Source: Gulosibacter massiliensis
GTDB taxonomy: Bacteria; Actinomycetota; Actinomycetes; Actinomycetales; Microbacteriaceae
Direction of reading: 5' to 3'
Assembly: GCA_943369205.1 (NCBI GenBank)
Contig: CALRMP020000003.1
Coordinates: 17 to 64,016, forward strand
Length of the DNA stretch: 64,000 nt
The notes under the pieces were generated by a model. That model was given only the letters and a program-made list of their open reading frames with translations, searched no databases and was not told the origin of the DNA. This document shows, piece after piece, positions 17,158-26,359 of the stretch (the stretch's first letter is position 1; every line of letters begins with the position of its first letter). The position numbers and the translations under genes are program-made.

Positions 17158-18788
17158 ACGACTACCAGTTTCCGATCCTCGCCACTCCAGCAGCGGCCCC
17201 GCCGCGTACGGCCTACCTCATTGCGTCGGGCGACATGCGTGAGTCTGCCAATCGCTCCGGTTGGTCGACGCAGCAGCAGCTCGAACGGGCTCTCAGCGGC
17301 GCATTCGCCGACCTCGGATGGACGATCGTTCGTGCTCATGACGTCGATGCGTCGAGGGGGCACGGCTTCATTTCGAGCCAGAGGCAGGGCCTCGACGTAT
17401 TCGAGGGCATCCCGAAAGAGGCCCCGCTGATCGTTGCAGAAGCGGTCTGGCAGTACTCGCACCATGTCCTCGGCGGCCTGCGCAGCCACGAAGGACCGAT
17501 CCTCACCGTGGCCAATTTCTCGGGTGAGTGGCCAGGACTCGTCGGGCTTCTGGGGCTCAACGCCGGGCTCACAAAGATGCAGAAGCCCTACTCGACAACG
17601 TGGTCAGTCGACTTCACCGACGAGTGGTTCTTGGCCTGCATCGCTCAGTGGGTCGAGCACGGCACGATCTCGCATGACACGCGCCATGTGCGGCCGCTTC
17701 CTGAACTGCCCGATGCCCCCGAGGTGCACTTGGGCCGCGCGCTCGCCGCGCAACTCGCACGCTCGAAGGCCATCATCGGTGTGTTCGACGAGGGTTGCAT
17801 GGGCATGTACAACGCGATCATCGATGATGAGCTACTGAATCCCACCGGCATTCTGAAAGAACGACTGTCGCAGTCGGCTCTGTATGCCGAGATGCTGACG
17901 GTGCCCGACCGTGAGGCGGACGAGGCACTCGACTGGTTGCTATCTGCCGGCATGACGTTCCGTTTCGGAACCGATGAGAAGACCGAGCTGACGCGGGAGC
18001 AGGTGCGGTGGCAGCTGAAGATGTACATTGCCGCGTTGCGTCTCGCTGATGACTTTGGGCTCGACGCCGTGGGCATCCAGTACCAGCAGGGTCTCAAGGA
18101 CCTCGTTCCTGCCTCGGACCTCGCGGAAGGGCTGTTGAATTCGACGGACCGCCCGCCGGTCACGTCGCGTGACGGCACGCGCGTGCTGTTCGAGTCGCGT
18201 GCGCTCCCGCACTTCAACGAAGTCGACGAGGGGGTCGCGGTCGATGCTCTCGTGACCGATCGGGTGTGGCGCGCCATGGGCCTTCTGCCTGACAACACCC
18301 TGCATGACATTCGATGGGGTGACGACTTTGACGGTCGCTTCGTCTGGGTCTACGAGATTTCCGGATCGGTTCCGGGCTCGCACCTCGGCGGGTGGAGCCA
18401 TGCCGAGGGTTGGCGGCAAGGGCCTGTCTACTTTCCGGCCGGTGGCTCAACCATCAATGGGGTGTCGCGCCCCGGCCCGGTCGTCATCTCTCGTGTCTTT
18501 GTCGCCGACGGCGTTCTTCAGGCGGACATCTTCCGAGGGACGGTTATCGAGTTGCCTGAGGACGAGACGCGTCGGCGCAAAGAGGCCACGAACCCCGAGT
18601 GGCCCATCGCCCACGTTGTCCTCGACGGCGTGACGCGTGACCAGTTCATGGCACGCCACAAGGCCAACCACGCGCAACTCGTTTACGCTCCCGACGACGA
18701 CACCGCCGACCGTGCGCTGCTTGCGAAAGCTGCGATGCTCGACGCGATGGGCATCAGGGTGAACCTGATCGGCGAGACAGCGATTTAG
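17154..18788 (+). CDS. L-fucose/L-arabinose-isomerase-superfamily-like protein (function uncertain)
   Basis: 544 aa with an ATGA overlap to the upstream gene. The C-terminal part (GPVVISRVF...WPIAHVVLDGVTRDQFMARHKANHAQLVYA) recalls the fucose-isomerase C-domain. The call is from memory only. Confidence 0.45.
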   Translation: MNDYQFPILATPAAAPPRTAYLIASGDMRESANRSGWSTQQQLERALSGAFADLGWTIVRAHDVDASRGHGFISSQRQGLDVFEGIPKEAPLIVAEAVWQYSHHVLGGLRSHEGPILTVANFSGEWPGLVGLLGLNAGLTKMQKPYSTTWSVDFTDEWFLACIAQWVEHGTISHDTRHVRPLPELPDAPEVHLGRALAAQLARSKAIIGVFDEGCMGMYNAIIDDELLNPTGILKERLSQSALYAEMLTVPDREADEALDWLLSAGMTFRFGTDEKTELTREQVRWQLKMYIAALRLADDFGLDAVGIQYQQGLKDLVPASDLAEGLLNSTDRPPVTSRDGTRVLFESRALPHFNEVDEGVAVDALVTDRVWRAMGLLPDNTLHDIRWGDDFDGRFVWVYEISGSVPGSHLGGWSHAEGWRQGPVYFPAGGSTINGVSRPGPVVISRVFVADGVLQADIFRGTVIELPEDETRRRKEATNPEWPIAHVVLDGVTRDQFMARHKANHAQLVYAPDDDTADRALLAKAAMLDAMGIRVNLIGETAI

Positions 18789-18858
18789 TCAGCAGACGCG
18801 GGCAGGTTCAGCGCGTCGCGGTCGGCGTCGCGGTCGTTCCTCCGCTTGTTCGCGATCG

Positions 18859-19182
18859 TCACCCGGCCTGGCTTCCGAGCTCGATGAGGATCACGCCACC
18901 CACGATCGCTGCGACCCCCAGTGCCATCAGCCAGGTGAAGGGTTCGCGAAAGAGTAGTCGACCCGCGATGGCCGTGAGCACAACGCCGCAGGCTGTCCAA
19001 ATGCCGTAGGCGACGCCGATCGGCATTCCCGCCTGGAGGGAAAACGACAGCGCGGTGAAGGCAATGATGTAGCCACCGATGGTGGGAATGAGCCAGATCC
19101 ACCGCTTCTTCGACGCCATGCGCAGAGAAAGCGTCGCGCCGACCTCGGCGCCAATGGCAATCGCGAGAAACACCCAGCTCAT
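18859..19182 (-). CDS. SMR-family small multidrug/cation exporter subunit
   Basis: 107 aa with 4 TMs and a TM1 Glu (LAIAIGAEVGATLSLR); the overall pattern is EmrE/SugE-like. Confidence 0.9.
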   Translation of the reverse strand: MSWVFLAIAIGAEVGATLSLRMASKKRWIWLIPTIGGYIIAFTALSFSLQAGMPIGVAYGIWTACGVVLTAIAGRLLFREPFTWLMALGVAAIVGGVILIELGSQAG

Positions 19183-19577
19183 TGTTGATTACTCGCTTCC
19201 GAAACGGCGGCGAGCGCGCGAGCTCGCTGCAAACCCAACTCCACACACAGAACGCCGATGATGATCAGGACGATTCCGGCAAACATGACGGGCGTGAGTG
19301 GATCGCCGAATAGCAGGTGCGCGAAGACGGCGGTCAGGAGGACTCCGCACGCTCCCCAGATTCCGTAGGCCACGCCGACGGGCATTCCCGCAGCGAGCAC
19401 AAGGCCTAAGAGAGCGAGCGAGGTCGTGTAGCCGATGACGACGACCACAAAGAAGGCGGGAGTCGTTTGGGCGGCGCTCAGCGAGAGCGAGGCGGTCACC
19501 TCTACCGCGATCGCGAGCGCCAGAATTGCCCCAGCTCGGCCCCACAGGGGAGTTCGGGGGGTGGTCGAGACCGTCAC
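19179..19577 (-). CDS. SMR-family exporter subunit (paired with 18859-19182)
   Basis: The GTG start (complement of 19575-19577) overlaps the upstream stop (GTGA). The TM1 Glu is in LALAIAVEVTASLSL. A 4-nt overlap joins it to the next SMR gene. The start is uncertain; the track ORF extends to 19646. Confidence 0.8.
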   Translation of the reverse strand: MTVSTTPRTPLWGRAGAILALAIAVEVTASLSLSAAQTTPAFFVVVVIGYTTSLALLGLVLAAGMPVGVAYGIWGACGVLLTAVFAHLLFGDPLTPVMFAGIVLIIIGVLCVELGLQRARALAAVSEASNQQ

Positions 19578-21916
19578 GAGGTTTCCGACCTTACGGGCTT
19601 GTGATGGATGATCGTGCCGGCCGCACGCGGCGGCTCCACGACACACGACTCAACACTCCCGTGCCGGAAGGAAACCGTCACGACAGTGTCTTCGGGCGCG
19701 TGGAGTCGAAAGTCGACGTCGATCTCGTCGGGCCACGCGGGAAGGACGTGTAGGGAGCCGTCGACCTCCTGGAGCAGCATCTCCTGAACGCCGATCATGC
19801 CGCTCCCGCCCCAGTTGTGGTCGGGGGTCCAGTCGTGGCCCGGTCCCCAGAAGGCTGGGAATCGCAGGGGCCCGTCCGTGAGCTTGAGGCGTGCAATGCG
19901 GTGCGCTTCTTCGGTGAGGCCGAGTCGCGCAGCGAAGATTCCGTCTTGGTGCCACGAGATGTGGTCGCGCTGGCCGTCAATGTCTTCCGGGGCCGCGTAG
20001 GTCGCCCGTGCAATCTCGATGTCTGGGCGCCCCACGCCATGGTCGGCATACGGGAACACTCCGTAGAGCTGCGGGAGCTCGACATTCATGACATCGGACC
20101 ACCCGGCAGCAGGCGCCAGCACGTCGACTCCGTCCACCGTCCGTCGTGCGGGGGGAGGAACCGTGGCGAGCAGTCCGCGATAGTACTCGGCATGTGAGTC
20201 GTCGATGAGCGGACGCGCGTGTCCAAGAAGTGCCTCGAGCACGGAGCGCAGTCCAACCACGACGTCCGTGGGGTTGATCGCGTCTTTGTAGGTCTCAAGC
20301 GCGGTTGACGGAGAGATCACCAAGTGGCCGTCCAGTGACAACTCGCGGCCCGTGACCGAACGATGCCGCATGCGATAGTGCTCGTCGAAAAAGCGAACGC
20401 TCGCGTCGATAAAGGGCAGGTAACTGCGGATCTCGAGGCCGGAGTAACGATGAGCTTCGAGCATGAGGTAGCTCATTTCGAGCTGCGTTGAGTAGTGGTA
20501 GCGAACCCAGGGGCGGGCAAGCTCAGTCGGATCAAAGAATGGCTGGCGCGGATAGTGGTCGCCCGGCTCATGGTCGCGGGGCGATTCCCACCCCCACTCG
20601 TAGCTGATCGGAAGCCCCGAGTCATCGAGCTGCTCGGCGAACGCGACTCCGCCGTGGCCCCACAGTTCGTGCGTCCGCATCATCGCGTTGTCGAGCGCAC
20701 GCCGGTAGAACTCGAACTGCGGAAGAGTGAGCTCGACGTCTCCGTTCTTCAGCATCGGCCAGTGCACGAGTCGTTGATTCTGGCCGGTGATGCTCCCTCC
20801 GCCCCAGATTCGGAAGTCGGGAGTGGTCACACCGAATTCGTGCCCGGCGACGCTGTGCACAGCATCCATCGTGAAGAGTCCGCCATTGAACTTGGTCGGG
20901 AAGCCTCCGTGCGGGTTGCAGCCCAGCAGATAGCGAAACAGTGCGAAGTTCCGACCGATCTGCCAGTCGGGGTCTTCCGGTTGAGCAGGGCCCGGGCGAA
21001 CCTCGATCTCGCTGCGCTCCCAGAACTCCTGCCAGTAGCGGCGTGCCTCTCTGTCGGAGGCTTCTCGCTGAGCGTGGCTCGACACCGCTCGTGCGTGCGC
21101 TTCCGTGATGAACGTGTGGGGATCCGCCACGCGGTCATCATGCAAAGCGACCGTCAACGAGTGCCGAACGGCCGCCGGAGCCCGCAGCACCCAGGCGTGA
21201 AAGGGAACCTCAGCGTAGCTGCCGTCGTGTTCTGAGTGTGGCGTGAACCCTGGTCCGCTCATGACTCCACCGAATGCGCGGTCACGTTGTGGGTCCCAGA
21301 GATCATCGAGACGGTGCCCAAGACCTTGCAGGGTCGCGGACTGCACGAAGGAATTCGACTCGTCATTCCGGTGGAAGAAGACGACGGCGTCGTCGCTGAC
21401 GAGCACCTGGTCGGCGCGAGTAATGATGTCGTCTGGCTGCCCGAGTGCGCTGAAGCAGGATCGCCGTTGTCGATCGGGAACGATCCGATCGCGAGTGCGC
21501 CACGACTCATAGGCAGCGTCGACGGCGATCGGTTGCGACGCCTCCACGTCGACGTAGATGACGGGAGACCTGACGGCGCACCAAATGTCAACTCGTGTGC
21601 GTGAGCCGTCAGCGTCGACGCCTTCGATGCTCACGCGCCCCGCGTGAAGGTCGAGTCGTTGGGAAAAACGAGTCGCTTCGGGCGTGAACGGATTCGGGTC
21701 AAGGGTTAGGGCAACCCGTCCGAGCTTGAGCATGAGGTTGTTCTCGTCGAAGCTTCCGCTCCGGTCGATCGCGAAGCGGATCGCGCCGCCCTCCACCCAC
21801 ACAACGAGCCCGACGGAGTGCCCGCCACACGGCATGGCACCGCCCGAGTCCTCGGAAGGGCTGGCCCATTCGACATCAAACCTGCCGCTGCGTACGGCAC
21901 CTTCGCTCCTGCTCAC
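19574..21916 (-). CDS. Large putative glycoside hydrolase (DUF5703-N / GH95-like fold)
   Basis: 780 aa. The N-terminus (GGHSVGLVVWVEGGAIRFAIDRSGSFDENNLMLKLGRVALTLDPNPF) resembles DUF5703_N. The central GGSITGQNQRLVHWPML resembles the GH95 N-x-N...YWP motif. Confidence 0.55.
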   Translation of the reverse strand: MSRSEGAVRSGRFDVEWASPSEDSGGAMPCGGHSVGLVVWVEGGAIRFAIDRSGSFDENNLMLKLGRVALTLDPNPFTPEATRFSQRLDLHAGRVSIEGVDADGSRTRVDIWCAVRSPVIYVDVEASQPIAVDAAYESWRTRDRIVPDRQRRSCFSALGQPDDIITRADQVLVSDDAVVFFHRNDESNSFVQSATLQGLGHRLDDLWDPQRDRAFGGVMSGPGFTPHSEHDGSYAEVPFHAWVLRAPAAVRHSLTVALHDDRVADPHTFITEAHARAVSSHAQREASDREARRYWQEFWERSEIEVRPGPAQPEDPDWQIGRNFALFRYLLGCNPHGGFPTKFNGGLFTMDAVHSVAGHEFGVTTPDFRIWGGGSITGQNQRLVHWPMLKNGDVELTLPQFEFYRRALDNAMMRTHELWGHGGVAFAEQLDDSGLPISYEWGWESPRDHEPGDHYPRQPFFDPTELARPWVRYHYSTQLEMSYLMLEAHRYSGLEIRSYLPFIDASVRFFDEHYRMRHRSVTGRELSLDGHLVISPSTALETYKDAINPTDVVVGLRSVLEALLGHARPLIDDSHAEYYRGLLATVPPPARRTVDGVDVLAPAAGWSDVMNVELPQLYGVFPYADHGVGRPDIEIARATYAAPEDIDGQRDHISWHQDGIFAARLGLTEEAHRIARLKLTDGPLRFPAFWGPGHDWTPDHNWGGSGMIGVQEMLLQEVDGSLHVLPAWPDEIDVDFRLHAPEDTVVTVSFRHGSVESCVVEPPRAAGTIIHHKPVRSETS

Positions 21917-22884
21917 TGCCGAGCCTCCTCCGTCTGGTTTCTTTGCGCTGTGGTGCGCCGGTTCTCCAGCGCACGCACGAGTGCCGTGGTCGATGCCATC
22001 AGGTCACTCGCGGGCGGTTGCGATGGCGCTCCGGTTCGAATGGCGTCGACGATCGCTCGGAGCAGACCGGCGTCGATGGGGTCGCGCTCTTCGCGGCGAG
22101 TTCCCGCGGCGGTGGTGACCTCGATCGTGCGGGCGATTCCGTCGACCGCAAGAAGCCCCGCGGTTCCGACGATGCGAAGTTCATCCCGGCCCCACGGCTC
22201 GCCGGGGGTCTTCAAGTAGTCAACGACCACGCTCGCGATAGCGCCGTCATCGAATTGGGCGCTCACGATCGCAGCCATCCGCATGTCGCTCTCCGCGGGA
22301 TCCCCCGCGGTCGTTTCCAGGACGCTCACCGAGTGGATCGCCTGGCCTGTCACCATGCGCGCGACGTCGAGCCCGTATCCCGCGGACTGGAGAACCAGCC
22401 CACCCGTGAGTGATTCGTTGGTTGGCCGCCACGGTGCCCACGGGTACGAGCGGTGCGTCGTCACCAGCACCACCTCGCCGATCTCGCCCGCGGCGACGAT
22501 CTCACGCACGCGGCGGTAGGGCTCATCGAAGAACGTCGTCGCTCGCTCCCAGAGCCCCCCGGGGCTTGCCGCTGCCGCCGCGGCCAGACGCGCGAGATCG
22601 ACGGTGGTCGTGGCAGCGGGCCGTTCGATGATCACGTGGCACCCCGCCTCCAAGGCGATGATCGCAAGATCGACTTGCAGCGATCGGGGTGCGACATCCA
22701 CCGCAACGAGGCGTGTTGTCGGCTCTGCGCAGATCTCGGCAGCGCGAGCTCGAAGGTGCGTGACATCACCGAGGGTCGCATCCACTCGCGCGGTGATGTG
22801 CGCCCCGGCAACCGCGACGTCGTGCTCTGTCGGCTGGTGCCCGCCGACGCCCAGCAGGGCGAGACCAATGGATTCGGAACTCAC
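21913..22884 (-). CDS. Divergent Gfo/Idh/MocA-like oxidoreductase
   Basis: 323 aa. It has a weak Rossmann motif (LALLGVGGH), IERP in place of EKP, and a C-terminal alpha/beta domain pattern. It has 4-nt overlaps on both sides. Confidence 0.6.
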   Translation of the reverse strand: MSSESIGLALLGVGGHQPTEHDVAVAGAHITARVDATLGDVTHLRARAAEICAEPTTRLVAVDVAPRSLQVDLAIIALEAGCHVIIERPAATTTVDLARLAAAAAASPGGLWERATTFFDEPYRRVREIVAAGEIGEVVLVTTHRSYPWAPWRPTNESLTGGLVLQSAGYGLDVARMVTGQAIHSVSVLETTAGDPAESDMRMAAIVSAQFDDGAIASVVVDYLKTPGEPWGRDELRIVGTAGLLAVDGIARTIEVTTAAGTRREERDPIDAGLLRAIVDAIRTGAPSQPPASDLMASTTALVRALENRRTTAQRNQTEEARQ

Positions 22885-23882
22885 GAATTCGCTCCACGAA
22901 GCGCGTCAAGAATCGTCACGACGTTCACAATCGCCTCAGGGTCGACCAGCTCATCGACTGATTCGCCCCGAGCGGCGCGTCGCAAGATATCCCACTGGTA
23001 ACCCGACTCTCGCTGAACCTCTCGGTGCTCGACGACGCGGTGACCATCCACGACCGCGGAGACGGAGAGGGAGACCGTGTCGCCCTCGACAACTCCAATG
23101 TCTCGACGCACCGTGCCACGCTCGAAGCTGACTTCGAGCGACAAACGATACGGCTGACCGTCATCGATGCAGAACGACGAGTACACGGTTCCGATCGTGC
23201 CGTCGGCGTGCATGAGAAGGACGGCAGCGTTGTCACTCGTCGGGCGCCCCGTGAACACTCGTGACGCGACGACGTGCGTTTTCTCGACGGGGCCAAAGAG
23301 CCGACCGATGTCGGCGAAGAGGTAGATGCCGAGGCGCGTCAGTGGTGCAGCCGGCACGCGATCGGGGTCGTCGTACCAACTGCCGTCCGCGGTCTCGCGA
23401 TAGCTGCACCAGGTTGACGCGTGGTACCCGACGGGGCGTCCGAGATTGAGCCGAGTGATCCACTCGTCGATCACTCGGATGTCGGCCGACGGCGTCGGAG
23501 TCGGAGAGTTGACCAACACGGGAACGCCTGCATTGCGAGCTGCATCGAGGGCGCGCCGAGCTGCCGCGACAGACGTCTCGAACGGCTTGGTCGTCATGAC
23601 GGGCATTCCCGCCGCGACGCACCGTTCGACAAGCGGCCCTCGACCATCAGGGCCGACCATGAGCGCGACGGCTTCGATTCGATCGTCCGCCAGGATGGCG
23701 TCGAGGTCGTCGTATACGGCGACGTCGAATTCGGCAGCCACCTCACGGGCGACCTCCTGATTGAGATCACACACGCCGACGAGCTCGCACTCGAGCGCAC
23801 CGGGCCCCGAGCAGATCTCATTCTCAATCAGCCACCGGCCGAATCCCAGACCGACGACGGCGATGCGCAGTCGATCGGTCAT
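22881..23882 (-). CDS. Gfo/Idh/MocA-family oxidoreductase
   Basis: MTDRLRIAVVGLGFGRWLIE is followed by MTTKPF (EKP-like); 333 aa. Confidence 0.85.
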   Translation of the reverse strand: MTDRLRIAVVGLGFGRWLIENEICSGPGALECELVGVCDLNQEVAREVAAEFDVAVYDDLDAILADDRIEAVALMVGPDGRGPLVERCVAAGMPVMTTKPFETSVAAARRALDAARNAGVPVLVNSPTPTPSADIRVIDEWITRLNLGRPVGYHASTWCSYRETADGSWYDDPDRVPAAPLTRLGIYLFADIGRLFGPVEKTHVVASRVFTGRPTSDNAAVLLMHADGTIGTVYSSFCIDDGQPYRLSLEVSFERGTVRRDIGVVEGDTVSLSVSAVVDGHRVVEHREVQRESGYQWDILRRAARGESVDELVDPEAIVNVVTILDALRGANS

Positions 23883-26359
23883 GGTCTCGCCGCCCGCAGC
23901 TCGATGCCCTCAAGAGTGCCGCCGAGTAGCTCGAGCTCTTCACGCGTTACGCCATCCGCGTCGAGCGCGCGGTGGTAGATGCCCCAGCCCGTGCCGGCCG
24001 CAAAGAAGCACGAGAACGTGTCTCCCTCAAGCCGAGGGTCGAACGACAGCCATCCTTCGCGCGCGTTCATGGCGAAACCGCTGAGCGCCACCAGAACCCC
24101 GTAGCTCGCGAGTGATCGTGCGTAGTGGTGACCACATTCGACTTCGTTCCACGGGTTGCGTCGCACACCGTCGTGGCGTTCGCGTGTTGTGCGGACCAGC
24201 GTGAGTGCTTCATCGACGAAGCCCTCATAGATGAGGTGGGTCGCTACCTGGTACTCGATGCCGGTCCACACTTCGTCCGAGTAGGGGAACGGCAAACGCG
24301 GCCGCCCGCCGTCGGGCCAGGTGCAGAGCACGAGGCCCGACTCGTCGTTGAGTGCATACGTGCGCTGCGGATTGTGATGACGCGCGAACGACGAAAGGTA
24401 ATTGTGGTCGAACACGGCCTTAACCGCCCCGGCGACATGCTCACGCGGAAGGACGTATCCGAGCCCTGCGAGGTGGGCCAGTGTCTGCCCAAATACCTGA
24501 TCGGCAAGGCAACCACGACCGTATTGATAGCGAGCCGAGTCGACGTCGTCAATGGCCTGGATGTAGTACTCGCCACCCCACAGCAACTCGTCCGTGCGTC
24601 TCGTTCCTCGCTCGAAGGCCTCCCGATATCGTGTTGCACTTTCATCGTCTCCGAGGTGACGTGCGAGCTCTTCCCCTGCGCGCAGAGCCGCCAAGAAGAT
24701 GGAATTCACCATCGAGTTGGGCCCGTGGAAGTCAATGTCGTAGGTGTTGAACTGATCCGTGTCGAGAACGCCATCTCCGTCGGAATCCCAGCGGCTGAAA
24801 GCGTAGTCAAGAGTGGATTGCGCTGCCGGCCACACCTCGGCCAGAAACGCGTCGTCGCCAGAGATCCGCCACTCGCGATAGAGCCGCACGAGGGTACCCA
24901 GCTGGCCGTCTGCGGCGGGAACGTGATCGTGTCCTGGCATTCCCCAGGGCCGATACGAGCGGAAATTCATCTTGCCGTCAGCATCTGTCTCGACGAGGTA
25001 TTCGTTGCGACGCATCTGCATCTCGAGCTCGGGGAACAAGTAGGCGACGGTCTGCGCATAGTTCCACACGTGCGTGCACGTGCCCTCACAGCATCCTTCT
25101 TCATCGAAGCAGCCCTCCCACGCGAGAAACTGGCCGTCATCGAGCCAGATGCACGTGGGGCTCCGCACGACCGTGACCATGGCGCTCACCGCGTCGATCA
25201 CCTGCCACGGCAGAGTCGAGGAGGCCATGGCTCGGCGGAAGCCGCGAGAGGACGTCTCGAGATGTGTGAGGTTGTCGATCGTGTGACGCACAACGGCCCA
25301 CGCATCATCGAAACGCGCGTAACGCTTGCGGACAACGGGATATTCACCGACTGGAAGATGGTCGGTGTCGATAGCTTTTCCGCGGTAGTCGGCATCGTAC
25401 ATTCGGCGACTCCACGAGCGCACTCTCTGCGGAAAGTGCCACGCGAGCTGAAACTCGAAGGTAGCCGTCTCGCCCGGGGCGATCACATTGTGGATCGCGA
25501 GGGAACCGGTCTGATCGCCACTGACGTCTTTGGTGTCCTTCTGTGCGTAGGTTGATTCGGCTTCCAGGCGCCCGTCTGTGCAGAGGTCGTCCCAGAGGTC
25601 TTGAAGACCGTCCCACCAGCCGCCACGCAACCAACTGCGCTTGTGGCTGACGTCGGTCGCCGTCGTGGTCAGCGACATCGTGCCGTAGTAGAGGCTTTCC
25701 TTTGGCAGGTCTTTCGGTTGGAAAAACAGACCGCGAATGACACCGTCATCTCGGTACTCGTTGAGGTTCTCGCTCGCCGAATCGAAGTCTTGCCAGGTGT
25801 GACGGTGGTAGTCGATGAGGGAGGTCATGTTGCCGAGTGATCCCACGACTGAGACATCCACGGGCTCACGTGAGGTGTTGCGCACGTGGTACCGGATCAG
25901 TGCGACCGGAAGGCCCGAGGCGTCCGCATCGAGAGGGACGAAAGGCGTGAACGACTCCATCGTGACCTCGACCGGCATCTCGGAGTCGCGCAAGTCAACG
26001 GTAAAGAATGGGTACTCACCGTAGGCGACCGATGACTCGAATCGCGGCAGCCCCGCAACCTCGTGGTCGACGAAGCCGCGCGCTTGCGAGAACGGGGGAG
26101 TGAGCTGCGACTCAAGCACCTTGGCAAGGTGCGTTCCCGCAGCTGTCGCGACGCGGATCGCGAAGAAGGAGTTCGGGTTGTAATTCCTCTTGCCAGGAGT
26201 ATCGAAAATCTCCCAGTCCTTGAGTTGCCCGCGGGCGCCGACCGAGACATTGCCCGTTCCGATTCCGCCGAGAAGGAAGGCGACTTGGTCGGCGGTTCCG
26301 GGAAACCTGCGCGGCTCTCGCTGCTCGCGAAGCTCGGAGTGGGAGGAGGGAATCGTCAT
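23879..26359 (-). CDS. GH116-family glycoside hydrolase (GBA2-type beta-glucosidase family)
   Basis: 826 aa. The N-terminal FLLGGIGTGNVSVGARGQLKDWEIFD is the GH116 N-domain signature. The C-terminal DQFNTYDIDFHGPNSMVNSIFLAAL looks like the DUF608 catalytic domain. Confidence 0.85.
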   Translation of the reverse strand: MTIPSSHSELREQREPRRFPGTADQVAFLLGGIGTGNVSVGARGQLKDWEIFDTPGKRNYNPNSFFAIRVATAAGTHLAKVLESQLTPPFSQARGFVDHEVAGLPRFESSVAYGEYPFFTVDLRDSEMPVEVTMESFTPFVPLDADASGLPVALIRYHVRNTSREPVDVSVVGSLGNMTSLIDYHRHTWQDFDSASENLNEYRDDGVIRGLFFQPKDLPKESLYYGTMSLTTTATDVSHKRSWLRGGWWDGLQDLWDDLCTDGRLEAESTYAQKDTKDVSGDQTGSLAIHNVIAPGETATFEFQLAWHFPQRVRSWSRRMYDADYRGKAIDTDHLPVGEYPVVRKRYARFDDAWAVVRHTIDNLTHLETSSRGFRRAMASSTLPWQVIDAVSAMVTVVRSPTCIWLDDGQFLAWEGCFDEEGCCEGTCTHVWNYAQTVAYLFPELEMQMRRNEYLVETDADGKMNFRSYRPWGMPGHDHVPAADGQLGTLVRLYREWRISGDDAFLAEVWPAAQSTLDYAFSRWDSDGDGVLDTDQFNTYDIDFHGPNSMVNSIFLAALRAGEELARHLGDDESATRYREAFERGTRRTDELLWGGEYYIQAIDDVDSARYQYGRGCLADQVFGQTLAHLAGLGYVLPREHVAGAVKAVFDHNYLSSFARHHNPQRTYALNDESGLVLCTWPDGGRPRLPFPYSDEVWTGIEYQVATHLIYEGFVDEALTLVRTTRERHDGVRRNPWNEVECGHHYARSLASYGVLVALSGFAMNAREGWLSFDPRLEGDTFSCFFAAGTGWGIYHRALDADGVTREELELLGGTLEGIELRAARP

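Noticed and set aside
18789-19650. Guanidine-type or other riboswitch controlling the SMR pair
   Set aside because: There is no non-coding leader, because SMR-A starts inside the stop of the preceding gene. The 70-nt stretch after SMR-B (18789-18858) lies downstream of the gene and shows no obvious conserved structure.
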